A stretch of DNA of 64,000 nt from an uncultured Acidobacteriota bacterium (GCA_963697355.1 CAVONV010000035.1:252960-316959), one strand, 5' to 3'. Shown: positions 10,700 to 20,515, counted from the first letter of the stretch. Notes: generated from the sequence alone by a model not told the origin. Program-made: numbers and translations.

Positions 10700-12400
10700 A
10701 TGATGCGTCTTTTCTCTTTCTTCGTTGTTTTGTTGTGTGTCGTGAGCTCACCTGCTTCCCATGCACAAGAAGACCCGTTGCAGCCTGAATGGACGAGCTA
10801 TCACAGCTCCAGCGAGACCCATGCGCTTCTCGAAGCGTGGGCAAAATCATTCCCGGACCTTACGAACCTCTACTCCATCGGCGAGACCCTCAAAGGGACG
10901 CCTTTGATGATGCTGGAGATCACCAACAAAAAGACGGGACCGGGGCTCGAAAAGCCCGGGTACTACTACGATGGGAACATCCATGCCGAGGAGTTGACCG
11001 CTGCGGAGGTGGCCCTTCACTTCGCGTGGGTGCTGCTGACGCAGTATGGCAAGGACCCGAACATCACGGAACTGGTCGACACCCGAGTCCTCTATGTGCG
11101 GCCGAAGTTCAATCCCGACGGTGCCGACGTGGCTCTCACAACGATCCACAATCCTCGCAGCACACCGCGACCGTACGATGAGGATGCAGATGGTCGACTC
11201 GACGAAGATCCGCCCAACGACCTCGACAAGGACGGTTTTGCCACGCGCATGCGGGTGGCGAATCCCAAGGGTATTTGGGCGGCAAGTAGCGATGACCCGC
11301 GCATCATGGTGAGAAGGGACCTCGAAGACAACGACGGTAGTTTTTACGACCTTTATTCCGAAGGCATCGACGACGACAACGACGGAGCGTTCAACGAGGA
11401 CGATGTCGGCGGCATCGACATGAACCGGAACTTCCCTCGCAACTGGGGCATGGAGTTTCAGCAGCGAGGCGCCGGCCCCTATCCGCTATCCGAGCCGGAG
11501 ACGCGGGCGACCATCGAGTTCCTCCACGCCCATCGCAACATCACCGGCTTGTTCCACGGCCATACGAGCGGCGGTTTCCTCTTCCGGCTCCCCTCTACGA
11601 CGTCCTGGGACAATTACTCGATGGCGGATCAAAGGCTCATCCTCGAGCTCTCGGAGAAGTACCACACGACGACCGGCCAACCGGTCCGGCCTAGCTACAG
11701 CAACCCGCGACTCCATCGTCACGGCACTCTCATCACTTGGGGCTATTGGGACTTCGGGGTGGTAGGAGCCGTTCCCGAGTTTTGGGGCGGATTTGGAACG
11801 GACGACAACAAAGACGGAAGCGTGAGTGAGATCGAACGACTCCGTTGGAACGACGACGAGCTAGGGGGAGAGGGCTTTGCCGCCTGGACCCCGTACGATC
11901 ATCCCCAACTCGGACGCGTGGAGATCGGAGGATGGAGGAGCCGATTCACCGCTCGCAATCCGCCGGTTCAGTTCCTGAAGAAAGAGCTCGAGCTCTACGT
12001 CCCATGGATGCTTTGGCTGGCACAAATCAGCCCGCGAGTGGTCATCCGAGAGGCGAGTGTCGAGCGGATCGAACCCACTGACTCCTATCGAATTCTGGTG
12101 GACATCGAGAACGAAGGCTACCTACCGACGAACGTGACCCAGAGAGCGCTCGACAACGAGAGTGCCGTACCCGTGAGGGTAATGGCAAAGATCGAGGACG
12201 CCGAGCTCATCACGGGCCAAGAACGCCTCGACCTGGGACACATCAAAGGCAGCCGCGATACCACCTCGTCCGTCGGCCGACACGAGTCCCGACGTCGGAT
12301 CGAGTACATCGTTAGAAAAACCGGTGGCGACCCGAGGGTCACGGTGACCGTGGCCTCGCAAAAAGGAGGCACGACTCAGCGGACACTGGAGCTCCGCTGA
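10700..12400 (+). CDS. M14 family zinc carboxypeptidase, secreted
   Basis: Start moved to MMRLFSFFVVLLCVVSSPASHA (signal peptide) with a GGAGGG ribosome-binding site upstream. HAEE zinc-binding motif (GNIHAEELTAAE) is present. Overall M14 architecture. Confidence 0.85.
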   Translation: MMRLFSFFVVLLCVVSSPASHAQEDPLQPEWTSYHSSSETHALLEAWAKSFPDLTNLYSIGETLKGTPLMMLEITNKKTGPGLEKPGYYYDGNIHAEELTAAEVALHFAWVLLTQYGKDPNITELVDTRVLYVRPKFNPDGADVALTTIHNPRSTPRPYDEDADGRLDEDPPNDLDKDGFATRMRVANPKGIWAASSDDPRIMVRRDLEDNDGSFYDLYSEGIDDDNDGAFNEDDVGGIDMNRNFPRNWGMEFQQRGAGPYPLSEPETRATIEFLHAHRNITGLFHGHTSGGFLFRLPSTTSWDNYSMADQRLILELSEKYHTTTGQPVRPSYSNPRLHRHGTLITWGYWDFGVVGAVPEFWGGFGTDDNKDGSVSEIERLRWNDDELGGEGFAAWTPYDHPQLGRVEIGGWRSRFTARNPPVQFLKKELELYVPWMLWLAQISPRVVIREASVERIEPTDSYRILVDIENEGYLPTNVTQRALDNESAVPVRVMAKIEDAELITGQERLDLGHIKGSRDTTSSVGRHESRRRIEYIVRKTGGDPRVTVTVASQKGGTTQRTLELR

Positions 12401-12446
12401 AAAGAGCCGCTCGCGCGTTCATTTCAAAGGCTCGAGGCACAAGACG

Positions 12447-14486
12447 ATGTTTCACCACACAAGAACCACGCTGTGCATATTCGGACTCGCCTCCCTGGCT
12501 CTTCTGGCCGGGTCGGTTGGAGCGACCTTCGGCCAAAGTGAGGCGAGCTCTTTTGATCTGATGGAGGCTTCGATTCCCGAGCTGCAGCAAGCCATGGAGG
12601 CCGGCCTCGTGACATCTGCCGATCTCGTTCGGTGGTACCTGGCTCGCATCGACGCCTTTGACGATAGAGGTCCCCAGCTGAATTCCATGGTGTACGTCAA
12701 CAAAAAGGCAATCGAGCGAGCAGAAGCCCTCGACAAAGAACGAAAGGAAAAAGGACCTCGCGGGCCTCTCCACGGCATTCCCATCGTCTTGAAGGACAAC
12801 TATGACACGGCCGACATGCCCACGACCGGAGGGTCCATTGCACTCTCCGAGCTCTTCCCACCGGACGATGCTTTTCAAGTTAGGAAGTTGCGCGAGGCAG
12901 GGGCCATTGTCATTGGAAAGACGAATCTTCATGAGCTCGCAGCCGGTATCACGACCGTCAGTTCTTTCGGTGGGCAAACTCGGAACCCCTACGATCCCGA
13001 TAGAAATCCCGGTGGGTCGAGCGGAGGCACCGGCGCCGCCGTTGCCGCGAACTTCGCCGTGGCCGGTATGGGAAGCGACACTTGCGGCTCGATCCGGATC
13101 CCAGCTTCCCACAATAACCTGGTTGGCTTACGGGGGACGGCAGGTCTCTCGAGCCGAGATGGCATCATTCCTCTCTCGCACACTCAGGACATTGGAGGTC
13201 CGCTGGCTCGAACTGTTACCGACCTGGCCATCTTGCTCGACGCCACGGTGGGCTTCGATCCCGAAGACCCGGTCACAACGGCTGGCAAGGATCACATCCC
13301 AAAGAGTTACACCGATTATCTGGATCCTGAAGGCCTTCGTGACACACGCATCGGAATTCTCAGAGAAGCCTTCGGAGACTCAGAGGTTGCCGAGGTCATT
13401 GACACGGCCATAGAAAGAATGAAGTCTTTGGGCGCCGAGACCGCCGATGTGGCACCTCTCGACCTGGAGAAACGACTGGAAGACGCCTCCGCTATCACCC
13501 ATGAGTTCAAATTCGATCTGATGGACTACCTCCGAGCCACCCCCGGAGCGACGGTGCGATCGCTGGGAGAGATTCTCGAACGAGGCCTCTACCACAAAGC
13601 GCTGCAAACGCGGTTCGAGACCAGAAACGACCCTCCTAGTCGGGATACCCAGGAATACCGTGATGCTCTCGACAAGCAGAAGACGTTTCGGAACGATCTC
13701 GAAAGCGTCATGACGACAATGAGCCTGGATGCTTTGCTGTACCCGACGATTCGTAGCAAACCGGCACCCATCGGTGAGCCCCAAAGAGGAAGCAATTGCA
13801 TGGTGAGCTCCGCTTCCGGCCTCCCAGCCATCAGCGTCCCTGCCGGTTTCACTGCCGATGAGCTTCCCGTCGGCGTCGAGCTCTTGGGTTTGTCCTTCGC
13901 CGAGCCCACGCTCATCCGGATCGCTTTCGCTTTCGAACAGGCGACTCACCACCGACGTCCTCCGTCGACAACGCCGCCTCTTTTCAATGGGATGGTCCCA
14001 CGTTTGGAGCTCTTGGCCACCGCCACGGGAGCGGACTGCGTACCGCCGGTCGAGACAACTAAAGGCGCCCAAGCGATGTTCACCTTCGACCCGTCGACGA
14101 GAGAGCTCGACTACACTATCCAATTAACCGGTTTGAACCACGACGACGTTCGACGCGTTTGTCTACACCAAGGGGAAAAGGGCAAAAACGGACCGATACT
14201 TCATTTTCTGTGGGAAGGAGGCTCTGGAACGGTCTCCGGAAAACTCCTTCTCACGGAGCCGGATCGTAAGAACCTCGTGTCCGGCGGGATCTACATGGTG
14301 GTCTACACGAGCTCCCACGCAACCGGAGAGCTACGAGGTCAAATCGTCCTGCGCGAGGCGGATTTGGGATCGCGACAGGCTGCTCTCGAACCAAGCTCCC
14401 CCGGCTTCATTTCTTGTGGAGGGACGAGACCCCACCGCTCAGTCCATGGAGCGTCGACACCTCGTCATCCGTCAAAGGACGGTTGA
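12447..14486 (+). CDS. amidase-signature (AS) family amidase fused to a C-terminal CHRD domain, secreted
   Basis: Signal peptide. AS-family motif GGSSGGTGAAVAANFAVAGMGSDTCGSIRIPAS. The C-terminal ~130 aa (MFTFDPSTRELDYTIQLTGLNHDDV...HATGELRGQIV) matches the CHRD pattern. Confidence 0.85.
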   Translation: MFHHTRTTLCIFGLASLALLAGSVGATFGQSEASSFDLMEASIPELQQAMEAGLVTSADLVRWYLARIDAFDDRGPQLNSMVYVNKKAIERAEALDKERKEKGPRGPLHGIPIVLKDNYDTADMPTTGGSIALSELFPPDDAFQVRKLREAGAIVIGKTNLHELAAGITTVSSFGGQTRNPYDPDRNPGGSSGGTGAAVAANFAVAGMGSDTCGSIRIPASHNNLVGLRGTAGLSSRDGIIPLSHTQDIGGPLARTVTDLAILLDATVGFDPEDPVTTAGKDHIPKSYTDYLDPEGLRDTRIGILREAFGDSEVAEVIDTAIERMKSLGAETADVAPLDLEKRLEDASAITHEFKFDLMDYLRATPGATVRSLGEILERGLYHKALQTRFETRNDPPSRDTQEYRDALDKQKTFRNDLESVMTTMSLDALLYPTIRSKPAPIGEPQRGSNCMVSSASGLPAISVPAGFTADELPVGVELLGLSFAEPTLIRIAFAFEQATHHRRPPSTTPPLFNGMVPRLELLATATGADCVPPVETTKGAQAMFTFDPSTRELDYTIQLTGLNHDDVRRVCLHQGEKGKNGPILHFLWEGGSGTVSGKLLLTEPDRKNLVSGGIYMVVYTSSHATGELRGQIVLREADLGSRQAALEPSSPGFISCGGTRPHRSVHGASTPRHPSKDG

Positions 14487-15294
14487 ACAAGGCCAACTCG
14501 TCGTAGAGTCCCACGTAGTTGACTCCAATGCGGATTTGAGCGCGAGAAAGGTCCCACGTGAAGGGATCCTTTATGCCGGAAGTCGTACCCTGTAGCTTGC
14601 CATTCAAATACAACTTGGCGCTCCCTCCTCCGGCCGAGCCCAGCCCCGAGAATGTGATGACCACATGGGTCCATTCGCCGCGCTTGAAGGGGGGATTGTC
14701 GACGACTACCAGACGGTTCATGAAGTCCGGATTCTCATCTGAAGAGAGTTTCTTGGGATTCCACGATTCGAGGTCGCCGAAGGCACCAAGACGGAATTGC
14801 CGTGGATTGTCTTTGGTGAAATCAACCCAGACCGCCGCGTCGTTGTAAGTCGTATCCGTGATCTGGATGGGATCACAATACCCCGGCTCGAGGTCCTGGT
14901 TCGGGCCCAGGCTAAGCCAAAATGAAACGGTACCGCTCCAGTCCTTGGGCGTATAGGCCAGATTGGTCTCACCCCGAAAGAAAAGAGCCGAGGTGTTCTT
15001 TTGGTGGAACTCGAGGGCCGAACCGAATCGCCCCTTGTTCCGCACTAATTTGACGTTGGGGTTATCGAAACCCGGCTTGGCCTTGTCGACTTCGTCGTAG
15101 GAAGGCGCCGTGTAGATCCGTTTATCGCCCGAAGCAAAGTCGGCATCAGTGCCACTGTCGAACGAGCTATGAAACGTCAGCCCGTCTCGCAGGGCGGACA
15201 GGACCGACTCCGTAGCCTCCTGCGGGAATCCCGACCCCAAGGGAGCAACAAGAAACAAAAAAACGCAACCAAGGTTCATCCAATTCGACGACAT
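14407..15294 (-). CDS. secreted concanavalin-A-like lectin/glucanase (LamG-like) domain protein
   Basis: 295-aa ORF with signal peptide. Beta-rich composition with GEWTHVVITF...KLYLNGKL motifs typical of LamG/ConA-like folds. Its 3' end is convergent with the amidase gene. Confidence 0.55.
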   Translation of the reverse strand: MSSNWMNLGCVFLFLVAPLGSGFPQEATESVLSALRDGLTFHSSFDSGTDADFASGDKRIYTAPSYDEVDKAKPGFDNPNVKLVRNKGRFGSALEFHQKNTSALFFRGETNLAYTPKDWSGTVSFWLSLGPNQDLEPGYCDPIQITDTTYNDAAVWVDFTKDNPRQFRLGAFGDLESWNPKKLSSDENPDFMNRLVVVDNPPFKRGEWTHVVITFSGLGSAGGGSAKLYLNGKLQGTTSGIKDPFTWDLSRAQIRIGVNYVGLYDELALFNRPLTDDEVSTLHGLSGGVSSLHKK

Positions 15295-15466
15295 GATCCA
15301 CCTCTCAATTAGAGACTCACCGCTCTGATGTCAGCAGTGTATTGTCCCTTCGATAGAATCTCCGGCAGTGTATGCCAAAAACCGAGAAAGTTCAGCCGCT
15401 CGGTATGTTTCCTGTTCGGATGAGTCAAACGACCCTACGGGCACCGATACGGACAGAGATACCTTG

Positions 15467-15751
15467 TTAGTCCAGCGCAGTGATATCTTCGAACATACGA
15501 TCAAATGCGACGGACCGTATCCCGTCAGCTAACGGAAAGGTATGCTCCCCTGCATGTACGACATCGAGTCGGTCTAGACCGAGATCCCGCATGGCTGAGT
15601 GCATAGAACGTGTCGACGAGGGTGCCGTGGTGCGCTTGATCTCGAAGCCCAAGCGTTGATTCCCTCTTACGATGAGTAGGTCGAGCTCCGCACCGGCGTG
15701 AGTTGCCCAAAAGAAACACTCTTCGGGAAGCGCACCGAGGTGAAGAACCAA
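15467..15751 (-). pseudogene. 3'-terminal fragment of a DUF4143 / AAA+ ATPase (COG1373-like) gene
   Basis: Only the C-terminal ~90 aa (ELDLLIVRGNQRLGFEIKRTTAPS...LDVVHAGEHTFPLADGIRSV) are present. The ~300 aa N-terminal ATPase part is absent. A G9 homopolymer lies immediately upstream (15807-15815). Confidence 0.5.
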
Positions 15752-16373
15752 TTCGATTAGAACGATGAAAAACGAGCGCCAGACACTCGATATTCAATAC
15801 TAACCGGGGGGGGGAGAGGAGCGGAAAAGAGAGGTCAAGGATACGGATTTATCTCTTGCGCTTGATGCCGAGTCTGGCTGTTCGGGATTCCAACGTCGAT
15901 GGATTAGGCCGAGGATTGGCACATTTACGCAACAATCTCTCACCTCATCAAGGAGAAGATAGACCTGACGAGCAAGAATTCAGAAATGGAATACAAACCG
16001 TGAAACCGAACCTCGGAAAACCAGGAAACGCAATTCTTCGTGGGCGCCCAGCTTTGCAAACGAAGAAAGTTCAAGCGTGGCTGCACTGGCGAGGCGCCTA
16101 GAGTAGATCTCTTCTCATGAGAAGATTACTCGTAGGCATTAAGTTCGGTCTCGGCGGCCCTTTCCTAGTAACACAATTCATCAATAATTAAGGGGCGTGA
16201 ACTTAGCACGGAGGGGTGCCAAATGTGACACCGTCCAATACCGTGCCCAGAGAGTCACGTTTTCGAGTTCTCGCGAGTTGTTTGGCGCGGACGTCGCTCG
16301 ACGCCGAGTCGTTTCATCTGGTTTCGAAGCGTGCTTTCCGGGACACCGAGGATTTCCGCCTTCGGGAGAACAT

Positions 16374-17264
16374 TCAGTGTGGAGCGGGTCTCGATACATG
16401 ACGGAGGACCTTCCATGGGCCCCGCTCGCGGACGGTTTCGAGCTCCGCCTCGTTGCGGACGAGTATGGAGCCGGCAAAACCCAGCGCATTGACGGATATC
16501 GTCTCGTAGAATTCTCGCGTCCTCGGCACCATGAGCATCCAATCCCGGGTCACGAGGAGGTTGTAAGGGTCCGAGTCCTTCTCGAGCCCCACCGTCGTCC
16601 GCATTTCCATGTAGAGCGCCAGAGTGTGTCGAGCCGCTTCGACCGCCCTCATTCGGCCGCAACGCTCTACACCGGCCACGGCATGAATGAAGGGAAGCTC
16701 AGGTACGGTCCGCACGCGCTCCTCGAGCCGGATCGATGCGAAAAGAGGATCCATCGGTGTGCGGTCGTGCCCCTCTCCGAGGGGAACCGGAACTTGTTGT
16801 AGGTGTTTATGCGGCTGGCTGGCGCCGGCAACCACACCTCCGTTGTAGAAGGCGAGGCCGTCGAACTCGCCCATACCCGTCCACATGGCCTCGAAATCTC
16901 GTAGGTTGAGCAGATCCTCTTGGTCTTCGTACTTCTTGGTCACGATGAGCAAGTGATGATCCACAACGTTGAACTTGTTCAGGAGTCCGACGTGTGTTTC
17001 GGAAATGTCACCGACGTAGAGATCGACCTCGTAAGGGAGGAACGGATTGGCGCCCGACCGCTTTTGCTCGCGGCCCGCCATTCGCTTGCGCTCGATACTC
17101 TCGACCACGGGCACAACGAAGCGGACACCCCGGTCCACTAGGACCTCGTTCCGCGTCGGTATGCGCTGGAGAGCACCGCACGCTATCGCGTGCTCGGTCC
17201 GCTCCAGCACGGAATCCCACAGGGTGCCCGGCGCGAATATCGCCACCTCTTCAAGTCGGCTCAA
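16374..17264 (-). CDS. ATP adenylyltransferase / Ap4A phosphorylase II (Apa2-like, HIT-like)
   Basis: NPFLPY...LYV...LLNKFNVVDHHLLIVTKKYEDQ and the HKHLQ motif match the Ap4A phosphorylase family. Confidence 0.8.
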   Translation of the reverse strand: MSRLEEVAIFAPGTLWDSVLERTEHAIACGALQRIPTRNEVLVDRGVRFVVPVVESIERKRMAGREQKRSGANPFLPYEVDLYVGDISETHVGLLNKFNVVDHHLLIVTKKYEDQEDLLNLRDFEAMWTGMGEFDGLAFYNGGVVAGASQPHKHLQQVPVPLGEGHDRTPMDPLFASIRLEERVRTVPELPFIHAVAGVERCGRMRAVEAARHTLALYMEMRTTVGLEKDSDPYNLLVTRDWMLMVPRTREFYETISVNALGFAGSILVRNEAELETVRERGPWKVLRHVSRPAPH

Positions 17265-17279
17265 ATCTATGAATGGAGC

Positions 17280-18335
17280 TTACGGGTTTCTGACTCCAAT
17301 CACAACATTGGAAAAGATAGCCTGCTCCAGCGTTTCTTCGCGAGGCGCCATACCGAGCTCAATCCAATGCGTCGAGGGATTGTAGATACGATCGTAGTTG
17401 CGCGCCATAATCTGTTGTCCGTCCAGCAAGACTTGGACACGCTGGCTGCTGACGATATCCGGAAAAGCTCCCCACTCCATACGCCAGTGGTAGACCTGGT
17501 TGCGATTCCATTGGAAGAAGTCGTACCCGGTATTGGCTTCCTGGCCTTGTGAAATCCAGCGCAAGCGGACGTACCATCGGTCGACGAGGCGCGTGTCATA
17601 CTTCGCGATGTGCACCCGGTAAGGATTCTCGGTGTATTCGCCCGCCGTAGGATCCCACATGATGAGTAAATTCCGTTTGTCCGATCTCGGGTTCGGATTC
17701 CGAAGGTTGGTCACGTCGAACTCGACGAAGCCGTTTGGGAGCGTGGGGACCCGATAGCGAATGTAAGTGTCAGCGGCCGTAGCCATCCAACCTCGTTCGT
17801 TGAACGATCCTCCACCCACCTCACCTATCGATGAGCCCACCGTCAACGGATCGAAAACCAGGATACCATCCGGGCGAGGGTCGGCACTGTTGAAACCGCC
17901 CAACGTTGCAAAATCGGCAACGCTCGACCAAGAGCTGGATTCGCCCGTAGCACTGGAACGAGACCGCCAATAGTACGTCTGGCCCGCGTCCAATACCACG
18001 GTGACCTTCCAAGAGGTGCTTCCGCTGGCTCCTTGACCGATCCCTTCGTCGGCCGCCACCGTGCTGCCGAAGCCCGGATCCGTTGCGATCTCGAACCGAT
18101 AGGTGGGCACTCCTACCCCGCCCGTCGAGTTGCCCACGGTCAGGGTCGGCTGCAAATCCGTGAGGGTCGCGCCCACCGCAGGGCTCTGAATCGTCGGAGC
18201 CGAGAGAGAGCTCGAGGAGGTTGGCGTTTCCTCGCTGCAAGCGACATAAGTCAGTGTCAAGGCCAAGATGCTTAGAACAGTGGGTATGCCTCGTTTCATT
18301 AAGTCGTGTCCTCCGTTTGTCTCTAAAGCCGGCAA
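17280..18335 (-). CDS. hypothetical secreted (lipo)protein, beta-rich
   Basis: 351-aa ORF. Signal peptide with LTYVAC lipobox-like site. No recognised catalytic motif. Stops 15 nt upstream of the Apa2 start, so co-transcription is likely. Confidence 0.55.
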   Translation of the reverse strand: MPALETNGGHDLMKRGIPTVLSILALTLTYVACSEETPTSSSSLSAPTIQSPAVGATLTDLQPTLTVGNSTGGVGVPTYRFEIATDPGFGSTVAADEGIGQGASGSTSWKVTVVLDAGQTYYWRSRSSATGESSSWSSVADFATLGGFNSADPRPDGILVFDPLTVGSSIGEVGGGSFNERGWMATAADTYIRYRVPTLPNGFVEFDVTNLRNPNPRSDKRNLLIMWDPTAGEYTENPYRVHIAKYDTRLVDRWYVRLRWISQGQEANTGYDFFQWNRNQVYHWRMEWGAFPDIVSSQRVQVLLDGQQIMARNYDRIYNPSTHWIELGMAPREETLEQAIFSNVVIGVRNP

Positions 18336-18535
18336 TGCCTAGCGTTTGCCGTCGCCCGGGCTCTCACCCTCATCAAATACTAGATATTGTACCCCGAATC
18401 CAATGAGCCGCAACATTTTGAATATTCATGCGAACTTAGTGGAAGAACTACTCGATTGGCACAACACCACATATTTTAAGACCTTGAAGGTCTCGCGCTT
18501 GCAATTCCGGCAAAACCTGCACAAGACTGTTTGCC

Positions 18536-19093
18536 ATGAAAAATCTACTGATCGTGGTCGCCATGGGCCTGCCCATTCTCTTCTGCGGACCTAGCGGTTC
18601 CGAACCGCCGGTGCCCGCGCCCAAAGCTCCAATAGATGCTAACCCCAGCGAGCCGCCGCCACTCGAAACCGTAACGATGGACGATCGGGAGATCGTACCG
18701 GTGCAAGAGCAACAGACTTCCGCCAGAAAGCCTGTCGGCGTTCCTTGCGCTTGGGCCAAGATCTGGGGAGCTCCGGGCCCGAAACCCATGCCGGTGGGCG
18801 GCATGGTCAAGGCGCCCAAGAAAGTGAGCGACATCGCTCCCGTCCTTCCATATAGGGAGACCGAAACACAGGGGGCACCGGTGCTGGAAGTCATCATTTC
18901 AACGGATGGCAGCGTGTCCGAGGTCAAAGCGCTTCAAACCTTCGACCCTCCATGGCCGGAGGGCGAAGCCGCTCTCATCGACGCCGTCCGCCAGTGGAAA
19001 TACGAGCCTACCATTTTGGACGGGAAGGCGATTCCGGTCTGCACCAAGATCACACTGAGTGTGGAGTGGACGGAGTTCAGTCGCGACGAATAA
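18536..19093 (+). CDS. TonB C-terminal domain protein (energy transducer TonB family)
   Basis: N-terminal signal/anchor and a Pro-rich linker (EPPVPAPKAPIDANPSEPPP). C-terminal ~90 aa (APVLEVIISTDGSVSEVKALQTF...AALIDAVRQWKYEPTILDGKAIPV) resembles the TonB_C fold. Confidence 0.65.
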   Translation: MKNLLIVVAMGLPILFCGPSGSEPPVPAPKAPIDANPSEPPPLETVTMDDREIVPVQEQQTSARKPVGVPCAWAKIWGAPGPKPMPVGGMVKAPKKVSDIAPVLPYRETETQGAPVLEVIISTDGSVSEVKALQTFDPPWPEGEAALIDAVRQWKYEPTILDGKAIPVCTKITLSVEWTEFSRDE

Positions 19094-20033
19094 GCTCCCT
19101 GATGGCATCCCTGACCAGACGCCATGCCGGGGTCTCGGGCGCTATCGGCTCGAAGTGACCCGCGTCGGGGCAAACGATGAGCGCCACATCATCGCCCCGC
19201 TTCTTTCCTGCTGTTTCATAGTGTCGACTCATTTCGAGTGGCACGATACCGTCGAGATCGCCATGCACCAACCTTTGACGAACACCCAAGGGCAGAAGAT
19301 GCATTGGCGACGCCTGTCGATAACGAGCAGGAACTTCGTCGGGTGTTCCTCCGAGAAGCCGGTCGACTACATCACCGCATACGTTTTGTTCGTGCGCTAC
19401 TTCGAGGTCGCTGACACCCGCAAGCACGACGACTCCCGAAATTGGCAGTGGATTCTCGCTGATGACCGCGGAGTCTTCAGGAAGCAGGTTTCGGCCCGCC
19501 AACCACAAGACCAGGTGACCTCCCGCGGAATGACCGACAGCCACGAGACGCTCAAGGTCGAGAGGATAGTCCTTCGCTAGATCGCGGAGATGGTCCGTAC
19601 CTCGTGCGACATCCTGGAAGGTCCCCGGCCAACCGCCTCCTTCGTCACCGACGCGACGGTATTCGAGACTCCATGTGGCCAAACCCACATCCGTCAAGGC
19701 CGCGCAAAAGGCGGCGATGTGGTCCAAGTTGTATTCAGACAACCAGCACCCTCCATGGACAACGACGACCACAGGAAAGGGACCCTCGCCTTCGGGCATC
19801 CGGAGATCGCCAAATTGAAGAGGGTTCGGACCATAAGGTATGCGCCGGTCCGCCGGCGGAACCGGAAACTCCAAAACGTCCTTAGTCGTCAACATCTGAA
19901 CCTGAGAAGTCCTGGCCTGGACTATTGACAATAGCACCACCAAAGCAACAACACTGATGAAACAAGCGTTTCGCTTCACGTTGTCATTCGACTTCCGATG
20001 TTTATTCCGAAGCCTTGGTTCGCAGGCGGACAA
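19077..20033 (-). CDS. alpha/beta hydrolase (esterase/lipase, HGG + GxSxG type)
   Basis: VVVVHGGCW oxyanion-hole motif and GHSAGG nucleophile elbow. N-terminal membrane anchor or signal. Confidence 0.85.
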   Translation of the reverse strand: MSACEPRLRNKHRKSNDNVKRNACFISVVALVVLLSIVQARTSQVQMLTTKDVLEFPVPPADRRIPYGPNPLQFGDLRMPEGEGPFPVVVVVHGGCWLSEYNLDHIAAFCAALTDVGLATWSLEYRRVGDEGGGWPGTFQDVARGTDHLRDLAKDYPLDLERLVAVGHSAGGHLVLWLAGRNLLPEDSAVISENPLPISGVVVLAGVSDLEVAHEQNVCGDVVDRLLGGTPDEVPARYRQASPMHLLPLGVRQRLVHGDLDGIVPLEMSRHYETAGKKRGDDVALIVCPDAGHFEPIAPETPAWRLVRDAIRELIRRD

Positions 20034-20050
20034 TGAAACAGGCTCTTATT

Positions 20051-20146
20051 CTTGAATTCTTGAATTCTTGAATTCTTGAATTCTTGAGTTCTCGAGTTCT
20101 CGAGTTCTTGAGTTCTTGAGTTCTTGAATTCTGAGCTCTTGAATTC
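20051..20146. repeat. 12 tandem copies of an 8-bp unit CTTGARTT / CTCGAGTT
   Basis: Direct reading of cttgaatt x3, cttgagtt, ctcgagtt x2, cttgagtt x2, cttgaatt and further units. The 8-nt period is non-coding. It lies between the hypothetical gene (20152-20487) and the esterase start. Confidence 0.85.
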
Positions 20147-20151
20147 TCTCT

Positions 20152-20487
20152 TCACCCCGTTACCCACTTCCCACCCGAAGCCTTGGCGATCCGTTCCCGG
20201 ACTTCCGGACCGCCCTCGTAGACCTCGAGGATGGGAACCCCGAACCTCTCGAATCCCTCGATGAGCTTGACCTGAACGACCTCGGCTTTGGGCCCCTCGG
20301 TGCCGACACAAACGGTCTTCACTTGATCGAGTGGCGTCGGCCCCTCATAGACCAAACAGCCGTCCCAGTCGGGCTCGGGCGTAATGGTCGCCAGTATGGC
20401 AAGAACCACCTCGGTCTTGCCCACTTTTTTGAAAACATCACCGCCCACTTGGCGATCGAACACGAAGCTATAGGTTGTCTCTGACAT
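20152..20487 (-). CDS. hypothetical small cytoplasmic protein
   Basis: 111-aa ORF with balanced composition. Lies 28 nt downstream of the CaCA exchanger gene. I cannot assign a family. Confidence 0.5.
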   Translation of the reverse strand: MSETTYSFVFDRQVGGDVFKKVGKTEVVLAILATITPEPDWDGCLVYEGPTPLDQVKTVCVGTEGPKAEVVQVKLIEGFERFGVPILEVYEGGPEVRERIAKASGGKWVTG

Positions 20488-20515
20488 CGAACCACCCGCT
20501 CTCTTTGGAACAGCC

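Noticed and set aside
16197-16802. 201-aa plus-strand ORF
   Set aside because: Antisense to the well-supported Apa2 gene. Arg-rich composition typical of spurious ORFs on the opposite strand of high-GC coding DNA.
19976-20311. 111-aa ORF on the minus strand translating the 8-bp tandem array as EFKNSRIQEFKNSRTQEF...
   Set aside because: The periodic peptide is a by-product of a 24-nt (3 x 8) period in non-coding repeat DNA. The ORF overlaps the better-supported 20152-20487 gene in another frame, and has no start context.
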